Source: Candidatus Latescibacterota bacterium
Lineage (GTDB): Bacteria > Latescibacterota > UBA2968 > GCA-2709665
Assembly (NCBI GenBank): GCA_965203805.1
Contig: OZ241917.1
Location: forward strand, 1,760,001 to 1,824,000
Direction of reading: 5' to 3'
DNA: 64,000 bases
Shown: piece by piece, positions 52,007 to 62,080 of the stretch
Numbering within the stretch: the first letter of the stretch is position 1
Layout: each line of letters begins with the position of its first letter
Notes under the pieces: generated by a model
Database searches by the model: none
Told to the model about the DNA's origin: nothing
What the model saw: the letters and a program-made list of their open reading frames with translations, nothing else
Program-made: the position numbers and the translations under genes

Positions 52007-53371
52007 TTGAGAGCCATCATCCTGGCCGCCGGAAAAGGCGAACGATTCTACCCTTTCAACCACTACCGGCCCAAACCCATGTTTCCCATCTGCAACCGGC
52101 CGCTGCTCGAGTGGACCGTTGAACGCATCGTGGACGCGGGCATCACGGAAGTGGGCATCGTCGTCGGCCACCGACAAGGTCGGATACGCAACCATTTTTC
52201 GGACGGCGGCCGATTCAGATGCGTAATTACGTACATCGAACAGTCTGAGCAACTCGGTACGGCCAACGCCGTTTGCGCAGCGGCAGAGTATATCGGCAAC
52301 AGCGACTTTCTGGTTGTCTACGGCGACCTCTTCTTCGAGCCGACGGTTCTTTCGCAACTCCTGGATGCCTTCTCCGAACGCTCGGTCGCCGCGGTACACC
52401 AGAGCGATCAGCTCAGCCGGCGCACTCGAGTGGAAACCGATGGCCGCGAGAACATCGTCGGCTACACCTGGAAGCCCCGGTCGGCCGCCGGCACGGCGCT
52501 GTCAGGCCTGTTCGCGTTCAGGAACGACGCGCTTCAGGACATTGCGAATACATCGGACTTTGTAACCAGCGTGCAAAACGGCGTAACGCCGCCGGAGGGC
52601 CACGAAATCGCCGATGCCCTGCCAGTTATGCACCGGGAAGGCCGATCCGCCGCCGCCGTTCGAACCGGCGGCGCCTGCTTCGATATGGACATGCCCTGGG
52701 AGCCCCTCGCGGTCTGTCGACTGGCCGTGCGGGAAATGGCGCGGAAACTGCCGGACACCCGGATCGCCGAGACGGCGCGGGTGGATCCGAACGCGCACAT
52801 CGACGGCCCGGTATCTGTGGACGAAGGCGCAACCATCTCATCCGGGGCCCAAATCAGCGGGCCCGTCTGGATCGGCAGAAACGCGCACGTCTTCGAGGGC
52901 TCCCGGATTGCATCGGGTACGGTCATTGGCGACGACTGCCGGATCGGACCGTTCGCGAAGGTCTCCGGTTTTGTGGACCGCAACAACCACATCACGTATC
53001 TCGGTGAGTTCAGCGGCGTCATCCTGGCGGGCGGGCGGATCACCCACCAGATGCAGATTGCCGGCATCTACGGCGAAGGCGCAGAGTTCGGCGCCGGCAC
53101 CCAGGTGGGAACGCTCAGATTCGACGATGGGCCCACGCAGGTGGAAGTGAAGGGCATCCGCCGGCCGGCCCCCGGTTTCTCCGGCGCGCTCTTCGGCGAT
53201 TACGCACGCACGGGCGTGGGGACCATCCTCATGCCGGGCCGCATCGTCGGCCCGGGCGCTATGGTCGGTCCCGGCGTGGTTCTGATGAAAAACGTGCCGG
53301 CCCACAAGGCCGTGATCCTGAAACAGGAGCACGAGGAAGTCGACTGGGGGCCGGACATTTACGACCATTGA
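52007..53371 (+). CDS. Sugar-phosphate nucleotidyltransferase with left-handed beta-helix (GlmU-like)
   Basis: IILAAGKGER, PKPMFPI, QLGTANA, YGD; hexapeptide repeats. Confidence 0.85.
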   Translation: MRAIILAAGKGERFYPFNHYRPKPMFPICNRPLLEWTVERIVDAGITEVGIVVGHRQGRIRNHFSDGGRFRCVITYIEQSEQLGTANAVCAAAEYIGNSDFLVVYGDLFFEPTVLSQLLDAFSERSVAAVHQSDQLSRRTRVETDGRENIVGYTWKPRSAAGTALSGLFAFRNDALQDIANTSDFVTSVQNGVTPPEGHEIADALPVMHREGRSAAAVRTGGACFDMDMPWEPLAVCRLAVREMARKLPDTRIAETARVDPNAHIDGPVSVDEGATISSGAQISGPVWIGRNAHVFEGSRIASGTVIGDDCRIGPFAKVSGFVDRNNHITYLGEFSGVILAGGRITHQMQIAGIYGEGAEFGAGTQVGTLRFDDGPTQVEVKGIRRPAPGFSGALFGDYARTGVGTILMPGRIVGPGAMVGPGVVLMKNVPAHKAVILKQEHEEVDWGPDIYDH

Positions 53372-53377
53372 TCAGGA

Positions 53378-55132
53378 GTGGCCATGCTGCGGGACCGAAT
53401 CGAGGCCGAGATTCGACGGCGTGCCGATGGTTACAGACCCCAGACCCATCTGATTGCCGACTATTACAGGGTCCGCCGAAAAATCGCCTATCCCCTGCCG
53501 ATTCGTGAGATATACCTGCCGGGACTGCCCATCCCCGGCATCCCGGCGTATCCGTGGTCCATCTGGATGGCCTGGCGCCTGGAAGAGCGGATCCTCAGCC
53601 TGGGGTGGGCGGGGTCGTGGTTCCGCGACGAAGAGGCGCGCCGGCTGGCCGTTGCCGACCTGGACGCCCTGTCCGATTGGCCGTGCTACCGCCAACTGCC
53701 GATGCCCGACCTGTGTTCCGGTCACGCGCTGCGCATTCTCTGGCTGGCCTACACACGGTGGGACTGGCTTCCCGGAAACCTGCTGGAAAAGATCGAACGG
53801 GCGTTTCACCGCCACATCGAAGACACGCTCCGGCTGTCCGATGCCAGGCACGGCGCCTTCAACAGCAAGGAAGACATCCTCGCACTCGACGACCCCCACA
53901 CCGTGCTGCACAACATCCCGTTCATCGGCACGGTAGGCGTTGCACTGGCCGCAGACGGGATTTCCCATCCCGCCGCCGAAGCACTGAACCGGAGGCTGGA
54001 GGCGCTCCTGGGAGCGATCCTGGACCTGCGCAAGAACGGCCACTCGGAAGGGATCGGATACGACGGGTACATTCTGGATTTCGCCGCCGACTGGCTCGGG
54101 ACACTCTCCGCGCCAGGAAGGATGGCCCTGATGGACCATCCGCGCTTCGACGACGTGTTGGATGAATCCATTGCGCTCGGGGCGCCCGGGAATATTGCAA
54201 ACATCGCCAGGTTGAGCGACGCGGAACCCCGGGAGATGCCGTTCCACGTATCCTGTCACGCCAAGCACTACCGCTTCCGGCCCGCGCCCCGTACCGGATG
54301 GTACCTGAAACGCTGTCCACTGCGGTGGCTGCGCGCCGACGCGCTCGCAGCGCTGCACGAGGTTGCGGATGAACTGAAATGCGAGCCGCCCGGAGCCGGG
54401 GCCATCGATGCCCACTACGCGGTCGTGCTAAGGAGCGGATGGGAGGCGGACGACCTGGCGGTGGCCATGGCGGCGAGCAACTCGAAGATGAGTCATATCC
54501 AGAACGACAACGGAACCATCGTCATCGGCGCCTCGGGCCGCTGGCCGGTATCGGACCCCGGCTACCAGCAGTACATGAAGAAGAGAGAACGTGAATTCAC
54601 ACTGGGACGGACGGCGCACAATGCGCCCGTCGTCAATGGTGCGGCGCAGACCGGGAAGCCGGCAGACCGCAGGGTCGCGCTGCGGCAGTGTGACGGGAAA
54701 ACGCTCATGGCCGAATTGGACCTGACCGCCGGTTATCCGGCCGCGCTGGCATTGAAACGGGTCGTTCGAACACTGTGGCTTTCGGAGAAGAACCTGGTCG
54801 TCCTCGCCGACCGCGTGCGAGGCGCCGCAGTCGAGTCGATCGCCTATCACTGGCACGGGCACCCGGACGCCGCCTGGTGGGTGGAGGGTGACATGGCCCG
54901 GCTCTACGCGCCCGACCTTACGCTCTGGATCGGCTCGCCCCAGGCCCGGATCACAGACCGAAACGTCGACCGTCTCCCCGGATCCAGGGGCCATCTCACG
55001 CTTGGCGTGAGCGCAGACCCGTCCGCGCCATACGTCTGGTGGGTTTTCGCGACAGGCGATACGCGGCCGTCCGTGTCACTGCACGGACAGGGACGTGAGA
55101 TCCGAGTAAACGGCCGCAGCTTTCAGCTATGA
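53378..55132 (+). CDS. Heparinase II/III-like protein
   Basis: EGIGY, LRSGW, HIQNDNG, SDPGY, TAHNAPVVNG. Confidence 0.72.
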   Translation: MAMLRDRIEAEIRRRADGYRPQTHLIADYYRVRRKIAYPLPIREIYLPGLPIPGIPAYPWSIWMAWRLEERILSLGWAGSWFRDEEARRLAVADLDALSDWPCYRQLPMPDLCSGHALRILWLAYTRWDWLPGNLLEKIERAFHRHIEDTLRLSDARHGAFNSKEDILALDDPHTVLHNIPFIGTVGVALAADGISHPAAEALNRRLEALLGAILDLRKNGHSEGIGYDGYILDFAADWLGTLSAPGRMALMDHPRFDDVLDESIALGAPGNIANIARLSDAEPREMPFHVSCHAKHYRFRPAPRTGWYLKRCPLRWLRADALAALHEVADELKCEPPGAGAIDAHYAVVLRSGWEADDLAVAMAASNSKMSHIQNDNGTIVIGASGRWPVSDPGYQQYMKKREREFTLGRTAHNAPVVNGAAQTGKPADRRVALRQCDGKTLMAELDLTAGYPAALALKRVVRTLWLSEKNLVVLADRVRGAAVESIAYHWHGHPDAAWWVEGDMARLYAPDLTLWIGSPQARITDRNVDRLPGSRGHLTLGVSADPSAPYVWWVFATGDTRPSVSLHGQGREIRVNGRSFQL

Positions 55133-55254
55133 TGAACGTTCGCACCCGATACAGATCGAGAACCGCCGTTTCGCTGGAGGATGCAACCCGACGGACGCGT
55201 GAGATTTCAGGCCTGCCCCGGTTCCGTCGGCGATCCGAGAGAAGGAACTCTTGA

Positions 55255-57186
55255 ATGTACGCTTCAAAGATTTGTGACGTACCTTTCCTGGCGCCTTCCA
55301 ATTCAACCGGGGAGCTCAACTTCGATCCCAAACTCGGCCGCCGTGTGATTTACCAGTCCATGTTCTCCGCGGTCCCTGGCCGCCCTCCGGCGCTGGTACG
55401 CACCGACTTCGAGCGCCACGAATATGCGTCATTCGCCCAGCCCCAAGGCCGGGGGACGTGGAAGGTCCGTCTGCTTTCCGACAACAAGCTCTGGTTCGGC
55501 ATGAACGGTCCGGGGCAACTCGCATGCTTCAACCCGGTGACCGAGTCCTGGGAAGACGTCCCGCCCCACCGTCCGTCCATGAAAAACTCCCATTTCACGG
55601 ACGTGGTCGAAGGACCGGACGGACGGCTGTACATGCCCGGCTACCCCTCCGGCAATTGCGTGAGTTTCGACCCGGGTACCGGCGAATACAGGGAAATCGC
55701 CGTCGCGGAAAGCAACCATCAGCTCTTCGCCGCCTGTGTCACTGACGGCGGACACATCGGCATTCTGAACGGCCTCCAGCACGGCGTCTATTCCCTGGAC
55801 CCCGGCACGAAGGAAGTCCGTTTAAAGTCGCCGCCCCACCTGACGGGGCGACCGGATGCCTACAGTAGCTTCCTGCGTTTCGGCGATCAGTTCCTCGTCA
55901 CCGTCGGCCATCCTGAAGGCGGCATCGAAATCTGTCGGTTTTGCGCGCTCGACCTCAGCTTTCTCGGTTCCTTCGTTGTCAGAACAGCGGTAACCTCCGG
56001 ACGAAACCTGATGGCCTCGCCGGAAGGCCGCCTATACATGAGCGTGGACGACGGTTACCTCTACGCCATCGACCTGGAAAGGGAGTGCGCAGAACTCGCC
56101 TGCCGCATCTCTCGTGTTCCCAGCCGCGGCAACTACTATCTCCTTGACGAGCATCGGATCCTTTTCGCCGGCCATTCCCAGTATTACGGCCTCAGTGACA
56201 TTCGAACCGGCGAACTCGATCTCCACCGGACGGAGATCGAGAATCCCCCCATCGGCGTCTTTTCCATTCTGCCGACCTCAACCGGCGATATCTACTGCTC
56301 GGCCCATCTGGGCCTTTCCCTCTCGCGCGTAAACCCGACGTCTGAACGGGCGGAGGTATTGGGGTTGACGTACAACGGGTCGGGCGAAATCTACGGCAGC
56401 GCCGAAGCCGGCGGCAACATCTACAGCATCGCCTATACACACAACGTGCTTACCGTTTACGATCCGGATCGACCCTGGCGCCCCGGCCCCGCCGAGAGCG
56501 ACAATCCGCGGAATCTCGGCCCGATGGGAGACGAACAGTACCGACCTGTCACCGGCATTCTCAAGGGGCCGCGAAACAGACTGTACATCGGATCCATGCC
56601 GGACTACGGGGCGCGGGGCGGCGCGCTCACCGTTGTGAATCCTTCCGACAACAGCCACAAGTCCTACCGCCACCTGGTTCCCGATCATTCCATTCTGGGC
56701 CTGGCCGCAGGCCAGGAGCACGTCTATCTCGGCACCAGCATTATCGCGGACGGATACATCCGGCCGTCCGAAGGCAACGCGTGTTTCCTGATTTTCGATC
56801 CCGGCAGCGAAACCGTTCTTTACAAGGAGGAAATCGAGGGGGCTCGCAGCCTCATTACCATGGGCTGTGTCTCGGACCGCGTCTTTTTCTGGACCGACGA
56901 CCACGCGGGCGGCAATCGATTTTTTGCCTGCCGTCTTTCCGACCGCGCTTTCAGTGCCGTCAGCACTCCGTTCACCGGCGGCAGGCCCCACAACCGGCCG
57001 ATGATTACGGGCCCGGACGGCGACCTCTTTTTCACCCACGGAAACCGGATCGTTCGCCTCGATCCCAAGACCGAATCGCTCGCCATCGCCCACACCACGG
57101 ACACTGGCGATACGCCGATTCTCGCCGCCACCGGCAACGGGATCCTGTTCTCGCAACGGCACGAACTCTGGCTGCTGACGACATAA
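55255..57186 (+). CDS. Beta-propeller repeat protein
   Basis: GPDGRLY and FDPGTG blade motifs; shares motifs with 1371..3275. Confidence 0.75.
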   Translation: MYASKICDVPFLAPSNSTGELNFDPKLGRRVIYQSMFSAVPGRPPALVRTDFERHEYASFAQPQGRGTWKVRLLSDNKLWFGMNGPGQLACFNPVTESWEDVPPHRPSMKNSHFTDVVEGPDGRLYMPGYPSGNCVSFDPGTGEYREIAVAESNHQLFAACVTDGGHIGILNGLQHGVYSLDPGTKEVRLKSPPHLTGRPDAYSSFLRFGDQFLVTVGHPEGGIEICRFCALDLSFLGSFVVRTAVTSGRNLMASPEGRLYMSVDDGYLYAIDLERECAELACRISRVPSRGNYYLLDEHRILFAGHSQYYGLSDIRTGELDLHRTEIENPPIGVFSILPTSTGDIYCSAHLGLSLSRVNPTSERAEVLGLTYNGSGEIYGSAEAGGNIYSIAYTHNVLTVYDPDRPWRPGPAESDNPRNLGPMGDEQYRPVTGILKGPRNRLYIGSMPDYGARGGALTVVNPSDNSHKSYRHLVPDHSILGLAAGQEHVYLGTSIIADGYIRPSEGNACFLIFDPGSETVLYKEEIEGARSLITMGCVSDRVFFWTDDHAGGNRFFACRLSDRAFSAVSTPFTGGRPHNRPMITGPDGDLFFTHGNRIVRLDPKTESLAIAHTTDTGDTPILAATGNGILFSQRHELWLLTT

Positions 57187-57216
57187 CCGGTTTTATCGCC
57201 AAAGCAGGAACCCACT

Positions 57217-59334
57217 GTGAAATCCGGCACCGACTGGAAATCCCGCATACGTCCCGACCACCCCCGGATCTTCATCAACGGCGACACGCTGCCGGCGATC
57301 CGCGCGCGCGCCGCGGGCGGCTGCAACGACCACTACCTCAAGGTCAGGTCGTTCGCCGAGTCGACGCCTGAGATGGAATGGGCCGCGATCGACAGGCCGC
57401 CGCCCCTGCCCGACGGCACGGAAGTGCGCGATTGGGGCCATCGGATGATGTGCTCCGCCATCGTCCATCTCGTGGAACCTTCGGCCGACCGACTTACACG
57501 GCTCATTTCCGAACTGCGCGCGAGCGCGGAATACTACCACGCCTGTTACGCGGAGGACGAATCCGTCAACTGGTATGCCGCGAGCCGCGCCGCATGCCTG
57601 GTTACCCTGGACTGGATCTGGAATGAACTCGCCCCGGAGGACCGGCGCGAGACCGGCCTGCGTCTGCTGGACCACGTGGACGAAGCGCTTCACAAGCCCG
57701 GCATCCGTCGCCGCAACGGTTCCGACCACCGCAGCGGATTCTACGGCGCGCCCAGCCTGGCCTGGTTCGCGGGCCTCCTGCTTTACGGGGAAGGCATCGA
57801 CGACGATCGGGCGGCCCGTTTTCTCGATCGGGGCCACGACGACCACATCAAGCTGCTGGATCACCGCGCCGCCGCGTGCGGCGACGACGGCGGCGAAGCC
57901 TCGCCCACGCTCGGATACGCGTTCGGCGAATACCCCCTGGCGCAATGGAACTTCATCCATACCCTCGAATCGTCGACCGGTGAAGACATTTCCGAAATCT
58001 GGCCGCACATCCGCATGTTTCCCAACTATGTCATCTGGAACTGGCTTCCCGGCGACCTCGAGTTCGGGTACGGCGACAATGCACACACCGATAACCGCAT
58101 GCGGACAAACTGGATGTACACCCATATGTCCCACATCATGCACTTTTTCGGCGGGACCCATCCGGAGTGGGCCGGACTGGCGCGGTACATCCGGGACATG
58201 GCCGGCGGCGGATTCGCGGCGGACAAGTGGCCGATCTACCCGTTTCTGCTTGACGGTCTGGATATTGCGCCTCCGGCTCGAGGGCCGGGCATCCTTCCGC
58301 CCGCCCGTCATTTCGAGAACCTGGGTCATATTTTCATGCGTTCAGGTTCCAGTGACGACGACACGTATGCCCTGTTTTGCGGCGGGGGAAACCTTAGAAG
58401 CCACCGCCATTACGACGCCACCCACTTTACGATCTTCAAGAACGGATTCCTTGCGCTTGACAGCGGCACACGCCAGGGAAACACCGACAACCTGCAGAAC
58501 TACTACGCGCAGACCGTCGCCCACAACTGCGTCCTTATCAAGATGCCCGGCGAGGCGCCATCGCCGTACTGGAACGGCGAGGTCTACGGGCAGGCCGGTG
58601 GACAGAACAATACAATCGGCTCGGTGATTACCGCTTTCGAAACCAACCCCGAATTCACATACGTCGCCGCCGACGCCACTGCGGTCTACAATGCCGAGAA
58701 ATGCGCCCTCATGGTCCGGCAGTTCATCTTTCTGCCGCCCGACCATTTCGTCGTATTCGACCGGGTCACGTCCACCTGCGCCGGGTACGCCAAGACCTGG
58801 CTTCTGCACCATGCCAACGAACCCGTGGTCGACGGCGCCTCATGGCGGTCGGACCAGCATCAGGGACGCATTATTGCGCGGACACTATTACCGGAAGACG
58901 CCGTGCTGGAAAAGGTCGGCGGGCCGGGCAGGGAATTCCTCGCCGACGGCGTCAACTATGCGATCGACGAGGGCCCGTCGCGGCTCATCGTTGAGAACAA
59001 ATATCCGATCGGCAGGATGCAGTACGACGAAATTCCCGAGCTTATGGGCCGCTGGCGGATGGAAGTCAGACCGGGCACGGCCCGCAAAGAAGACCTGTTC
59101 CTGCATCTCATACAGGTGGGAGATCGGAATCTGCAAAGGATGGACGAAGCGGATGTCAGCGTCTCCCGGACCGGCGTCGAACTCGACTTCATCGCGTGCG
59201 GCAGTCGCGTCGTGATCTCATTCGCGGCCTCCGGAAAGACTGCCGGCCATATCACGTGTGTGCGGAACGGGGAGCGGCTTGCAGACAAGGACCTTGCCGT
59301 GGTTGTACAGGCCCAGGCCGGTCTCGCCGCATAA
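57217..59334 (+). CDS. Heparinase II/III family lyase
   Basis: DHPRIF, FMRSG, HRHYDATHFTIFKNGFLALDSG, YYAQTVAHN, FVVFDRV, KTWLLH. Confidence 0.85.
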   Translation: MKSGTDWKSRIRPDHPRIFINGDTLPAIRARAAGGCNDHYLKVRSFAESTPEMEWAAIDRPPPLPDGTEVRDWGHRMMCSAIVHLVEPSADRLTRLISELRASAEYYHACYAEDESVNWYAASRAACLVTLDWIWNELAPEDRRETGLRLLDHVDEALHKPGIRRRNGSDHRSGFYGAPSLAWFAGLLLYGEGIDDDRAARFLDRGHDDHIKLLDHRAAACGDDGGEASPTLGYAFGEYPLAQWNFIHTLESSTGEDISEIWPHIRMFPNYVIWNWLPGDLEFGYGDNAHTDNRMRTNWMYTHMSHIMHFFGGTHPEWAGLARYIRDMAGGGFAADKWPIYPFLLDGLDIAPPARGPGILPPARHFENLGHIFMRSGSSDDDTYALFCGGGNLRSHRHYDATHFTIFKNGFLALDSGTRQGNTDNLQNYYAQTVAHNCVLIKMPGEAPSPYWNGEVYGQAGGQNNTIGSVITAFETNPEFTYVAADATAVYNAEKCALMVRQFIFLPPDHFVVFDRVTSTCAGYAKTWLLHHANEPVVDGASWRSDQHQGRIIARTLLPEDAVLEKVGGPGREFLADGVNYAIDEGPSRLIVENKYPIGRMQYDEIPELMGRWRMEVRPGTARKEDLFLHLIQVGDRNLQRMDEADVSVSRTGVELDFIACGSRVVISFAASGKTAGHITCVRNGERLADKDLAVVVQAQAGLAA

Positions 59335-59398
59335 GGGCAGGTTCTGGCGGGCAGATGAAGGGTTTCAAGTTTCTCACCTTTTGACGAAGAGAGGCCAG

Positions 59399-60301
59399 AT
59401 GACCGAATTTCGGGGCATCTACCCCGCGCTGATCACACCGATGACGCATGAAGGCGAATTCAGCGAAGCGGCCTTCCGACGACTCATGGAATACAACATA
59501 AGTGCCGGGGCGCACGGCTTCTGGGTAGCGGGCGGGGCCGGCGAGAGCGTATTGCTGGAAGACGAGGAGAATTCACGCATTGCCGGAATCGCCGCCGACC
59601 AGGCGGCCGGCCGCGCGGGAATCATCATGCACGTGGGGGCGCCTACCACCGCGCGCGCCGCCAGGATGGCAGAAAACGCAGCAAAGGCCGGCGTTGACGC
59701 CATCTGCGCCGTACCTCCTTTCTTCTACCGGCCCGGGCCCGACGAGGTCGCAGAACACTACCGGGCGGTCGGCGCGGCCGTGGACCTTCCGCTCTTCATC
59801 TACAACATTCCCGGCGCGACCGGCGTCGAGATCACACTTGAACTGGCGGAAAGGATTCAGCAGCACGTGCCGCAACTCGCCGGACTGAAGCATTCTGCGC
59901 CCGCGTTTGCAAACACCCGTCATTTCGCCAGTATGGGCCTTTCGTGCCTCATCGGCAGCGCGGCGCTTCTCCTTCCCGCGCTCACCATCGGCGCTTCGGG
60001 CTGCGTGGATGGCCCCCTTTCGCTTTCTCCGGACGTCTGGGTCAATATCTGGACGGCGTATCACCGCGGCGACATGAAATCCGCCGAGGCCGACCAGCAA
60101 CGGGCGGCTGAACTTTATACGATCTTCAACCGAGCCGGATATATCGCGTCCATGAAGGCCCTGCTATCCGAGAAACTCGGGATCGACTGCGGGGACCCGC
60201 GTCCCCCGCAGCGTCCGCTCACCAGCGAAGAGAAGGCCTTTGTCATCCGGACGGCGAAAGGGCTGGGGATGATGGATACCGAAAGTCCGTCCCGCCACTG
60301 A
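59399..60301 (+). CDS. DHDPS/N-acetylneuraminate lyase-family aldolase
   Basis: GIYPALITP, GGAGE, PPFFY, IYNIP, GLKHS. Confidence 0.9.
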   Translation: MTEFRGIYPALITPMTHEGEFSEAAFRRLMEYNISAGAHGFWVAGGAGESVLLEDEENSRIAGIAADQAAGRAGIIMHVGAPTTARAARMAENAAKAGVDAICAVPPFFYRPGPDEVAEHYRAVGAAVDLPLFIYNIPGATGVEITLELAERIQQHVPQLAGLKHSAPAFANTRHFASMGLSCLIGSAALLLPALTIGASGCVDGPLSLSPDVWVNIWTAYHRGDMKSAEADQQRAAELYTIFNRAGYIASMKALLSEKLGIDCGDPRPPQRPLTSEEKAFVIRTAKGLGMMDTESPSRH

Positions 60302-60377
60302 CCGATCAGGACCATGTCGATGAACCGGTCCGTCGCTTCGTGCGACACGTTGAACCCCGTTAACGGAGATTATACAT

Positions 60378-61289
60378 ATGATCCCCCTGCTCAGCAGCCT
60401 GTGCTACGGACCGCTTGAAGTCTGCCAGCTTCCAAGGACGTGGTGGAAAGTCCTGCTCCGGAACGCGGGCATTCTCGACGAAGAGTATCCCGACGTCAGC
60501 GAAGGCCTGGACAAGTCCGTCCTTGAAGTGCTGAATCTGGACAAAGAGACGACCCTGGCGTATCTGAAGGAGCACATGCCCGACTACCTCCGGTTCGAAG
60601 CCTGGGTCCTCGAACAGAACGACGGAACGCTCGATCGAGAGGCAATCGACAACTGGAACGATTCCGTGCGCGCCCGCGTTCATACCAGGCCGGACAAGCT
60701 CGAAGAAACCACGGGCGACATCGGTATTCCCAACGACGGCGCGATCACATCGGCCGTGATCCTCAACAGCCTCCAGGACTGGATGCTCTTCTACAGACGG
60801 GATCTGGCGGGGGGATTCCCATCCCTGGGCGGCCGCGTGGTTCCCCTCGTCTCCAGCCTGGACTACGGTCCTCTTAACGTCTGCCAGCTCCCTCGAACGT
60901 GGCTGAAGATTCTGCTCAGGTCCAGGAATCTGCTTCACCCGGACTATCCCGACATGACCGAAGACGGACTGGACCCCCGCGTTCTGCGCACTGTCAACAT
61001 CCGGCCGGACGACGCCGTCTGTTTCATCAGAGACAATGCGCCTGCCTATCTCGACTTCGAAGCGTGGGTTCTGCAGCGAAACGACGACAGTGTCGACCCA
61101 CGCGCCGTGGACGAGTGGAACAGCTTTGTGCGAACCCGCATCCATACCGATGAGAAAATCGTTGATATTCATAGTACGCTGGGCCTGGAAAACGACGGAA
61201 GCCCGACCTCCGCCGTCGTCCTGAACCACGTTGAAGACTGGCACTTCGCGCACGCCGACCTGACGGGCAACACCGCCGGCTCGACCTGA
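60378..61289 (+). CDS. Protein made of two tandem DUF5069-like domains
   Basis: Both halves start PLxSSLxYGPLxVCQLPRTWxK and contain FEAWVL and TSAVxLN..xDW. Confidence 0.8.
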   Translation: MIPLLSSLCYGPLEVCQLPRTWWKVLLRNAGILDEEYPDVSEGLDKSVLEVLNLDKETTLAYLKEHMPDYLRFEAWVLEQNDGTLDREAIDNWNDSVRARVHTRPDKLEETTGDIGIPNDGAITSAVILNSLQDWMLFYRRDLAGGFPSLGGRVVPLVSSLDYGPLNVCQLPRTWLKILLRSRNLLHPDYPDMTEDGLDPRVLRTVNIRPDDAVCFIRDNAPAYLDFEAWVLQRNDDSVDPRAVDEWNSFVRTRIHTDEKIVDIHSTLGLENDGSPTSAVVLNHVEDWHFAHADLTGNTAGST

Positions 61290-61508
61290 CCGGCTACGGC
61301 GTCGGCTGAAGACCGCCGCGGTTCTCTGCATGACGATGATGACCAGAGACGCTCGTCCGTTTCGACATTCGATCAGCGATCAATTCTCGCCGTTTGGTCA
61401 ACGCAAGGCTCAAGTCAATCAAAGTCTCTTCATGGGGTTTAGTCACAGTTGACCAAGGTAATTACTTGAATCACAGTCAGGTGAGGATCCGGCGAGTTCA
61501 TTTAGTTG

Positions 61509-61537
61509 TTGACATCGCCCTACCGATGAATTAAAAT
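61509..61537 (+). promoter_or_regulatory. Near-consensus sigma70 promoter
   Basis: TTGACA-17 bp-TAAAAT followed by an AT-rich start region. Confidence 0.75.
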
Positions 61538-62080
61538 ACGATTAAATTTACGTATTAGTAGAATTTACACGTCACGTAAACAGCGCGGCCGATCTTTCGT
61601 GTGCAGCCCCTGTTCCCAGCACGACACCGGGCGGCAGGAAGGCACAAAGCCCTGAACAGGGGTCGCAGGTCGTGATCGGCTGAACATCTGTTCAATTGCA
61701 TTCCCGGACCTGACCGCAGGGAATGAAGGAGGTGATAATCGAACCAACATCATCAGGCCTATTGCTGCTCTCCGTCTTATTGCAGTCGATGATCGGCTGT
61801 ACAATTGGTCGATGCCGTTCGCCGAACGGTTCGGATGAAAAAGGGAGGTGATAGTCGAAACCACGTCGCCAAACGTTTTGCCGATGTACATCTACGTGAG
61901 AAACTGTGGCTCGGGGCAACTCCCGAAATGACCCGTTGCGCTGTGTGTGATCAATCGATTCCGATTAAATCGTACACCGCGTCTCTTCAGATTACAGGCA
62001 TACCTTCCAGGTCGATCCCAGAATCCCATCAGGCACAGTCTCTTCATACGGTTTCATCTCAGTAAATCCCTCGTATTCAC

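Noticed and set aside
61588-61680. SRP RNA, 6S RNA or c-di-GMP riboswitch
   Set aside because: The SRP CAGG-GRAA-AGCA core is absent, the stem is too short for 6S, and no complete riboswitch consensus is visible; left as unassigned structure
61726-61852. 16S rRNA 3'-end fragments (reverse complement ATCACCTCC)
   Set aside because: The match is limited to the anti-SD core; flanking sequence does not resemble 16S helix 45
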